From assembly GCA_964187785.1 (NCBI GenBank), contig OZ076409.1, positions 66,094,001-66,158,000 of the forward strand: a stretch of 64,000 nucleotides of DNA, written 5' to 3'. The translations under genes and the position numbers were made by a program. This document shows positions 62,340-64,000 of this stretch, in pieces. How positions within the stretch are numbered: position 1 is the stretch's first letter; each line of letters begins with the position of its first letter. This stretch comes from Amphiscolops sp. MND2022 (taxonomy: Eukaryota). Below the pieces are notes generated by a model. That model made no database searches. It saw nothing but the letters and a program-made list of their open reading frames with translations, and was not told the origin of the DNA.

Positions 62340-62813
62340 GTTAGTATAATGTAGACACTTTGATATTACAACCATAAACCTTTGTGTGAAAAAATTCACA
62401 GATTTAAGCACAAATGAAGACTTTTTAATACTCGTTTTGAAATGTTTCGACAGTTCAACATCTTTAAAATATTTCATTTCAATGATCACAAATTTTTGTG
62501 ATGACGTCAATGGCACTCACTATTATTCGGTTAATAGCTACATTTCACTGCCGAAGAACTTCGTCTAATCTCAATGGTTCCGAGGTTCAGTTATATATTA
62601 ACATCGAAGAAAAAAGTGTTCAAAATGGTTACTGGTGACAGAACTTAATTAATATCTTCCCTAACAGACTACTTTTTTGACTCGTGCTAACATCATTTTG
62701 ATTTTTTCGTACAAACCTTTAAAAAAGAAATCTTGAGTTCAACTAGAGTTCAAAGCAAATTCTTCTTGATCCCCTTCTCAACATAGATCAATTTCGACAA
62801 AAGTCAACCGTAT

Positions 62814-64000
62814 TTTTAGTCGGCGCTTTTATTAATAGAAGAGCCAGACTACACAGTCACTCGTTTTTTGTTCTTTTTTAAAAGACAGACTCGAAGCGAC
62901 GAACGTTAGTTAACGATTTGATCAGTTTGTTCAACTAAAGGAAACTGAACGAATACCCGGGAAACGCATCTAGATTATTTCAAAGGGATCATTTGGTTTT
63001 TAGTCGGCGCGTTATCCTTTTAAGGAAAAATGCCCGACTATAGCAGTGACCTTTTTTTTTTAGTCGGCGCTCTTCCATTAAGGGAAAAATGCCCGACTAT
63101 AGCAGTGACTGTTTTTTAGTCGGCGCTTTTCCATTAAGGGAAAATGCCCGACTATAGCAGTGACTGTTTTTAGTCGGCGCTTTATCCTTTTAAGGAAAAA
63201 TGCCCGACTATAGCAGTGCCCTTTTTTTTCTTCAGACTACAATCCTCACACTGATCGGTCCACTTTTTACAATTCTGCGCAGAAGGCAAACTTTACTCCA
63301 AAGGGTCCCCCCTTTCAGTTTTTACTTTTTCAAGGAAACATACACAACCGGACGTGCCCAAAGGGTCCCCCCTTTGGATTTTTTTCGGCACTGTGCGACT
63401 TTTTTTTCGAAAATTTTTTAATGTCCCCAAAGGGTCCCCCCTTTGAGTTTTTTGATATTTTGCAACGGAATGTTTGTTAATAAATCCAGAAGGGTCCCCC
63501 CTTTTACATTTTTCGGCACTATGCGACTTCTTTTGAAAGAAAATTTTTTTTCAAAAATTTCAATTTTTTTCCAAAAAAAGTGTTTTACGCTTTTTGAGCC
63601 TTAGATATGGCGCCGACTTTAGACGTTCTCGTCTTGTTTTTTCTTCAGACTACAATCCTCACACTGATCGGTCCACTTTTTAGAAACAATCCTGAAACCA
63701 CCTGAGGCCAAGTCCGGCCAAGGGAGACTTAGTCCAAAGCCCCCCTTTCATTTTTTCACTTTTTCAAGGAAACCTACAAAACCGGACGTGCCTAAAGGGT
63801 CCCCCCTTTGGATTTTTTTTCGGCACTGTGAGACTTTTTTTCGAAAAATTTTTTAATGTCTCAAAAGGGTCCCCCCTTCAAGTTTTTCCATATTTTGCAA
63901 CTGAATGTATGTTAATAAATCCCAAAGGGTCCCCCCTTCTACATTTTTCGGCAACTATGCGACTTGTTCGGTCTATAAAATCATTTTTAAGCAAAGTGTA
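62814..64000. repeat. Cluster of the dominant dispersed repeat with four tandem copies of its terminus
   Basis: ~58-bp unit TTTTAGTCGGCGC..AAAATGCCCGACTATAGCAGTG x4 at ~62996-63225, then two element bodies. Confidence 0.85.

Overview
AT-rich, transposon-dense eukaryotic (animal-like) genomic DNA; the species cannot be identified from this window. One host gene crosses almost the whole window on the + strand: a divergent VPS10/sortilin-family receptor with 10 phase-compatible exons from 8370 to 62339, continuing beyond the window. Its introns are filled with mobile elements: an intact CR1/L2-like LINE (10433-14385, -), a decayed 5.2-kb Gypsy element flanked by an anomalous 220-bp duplication (17058-22260, -), hAT and piggyBac relics, many MITE/Helentron-like repeats, and (GAATA)n arrays. 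The standout is a 16-kb Gypsy-type LTR retrotransposon (27194-43254, +) with 1.48-kb LTRs. Besides gag/pol it carries (i) an intact ANTISENSE, five-exon, ~1322-aa gene that looks like a catalytically dead hAT transposase with a BED-like zinc finger and a long acidic N-terminus, (ii) a 331-aa sense orphan ORF running into the 3' LTR, and (iii) 17 exact and 5 near-exact copies of a 23-bp DNA motif, GAC-N5-GTC-N5-GACGGCA, spread through its LTRs, coding regions, an intron and the divergent promoter region. Together these suggest an element-encoded sequence-specific regulator plus its cognate sites. That function is an inference, not demonstrated.
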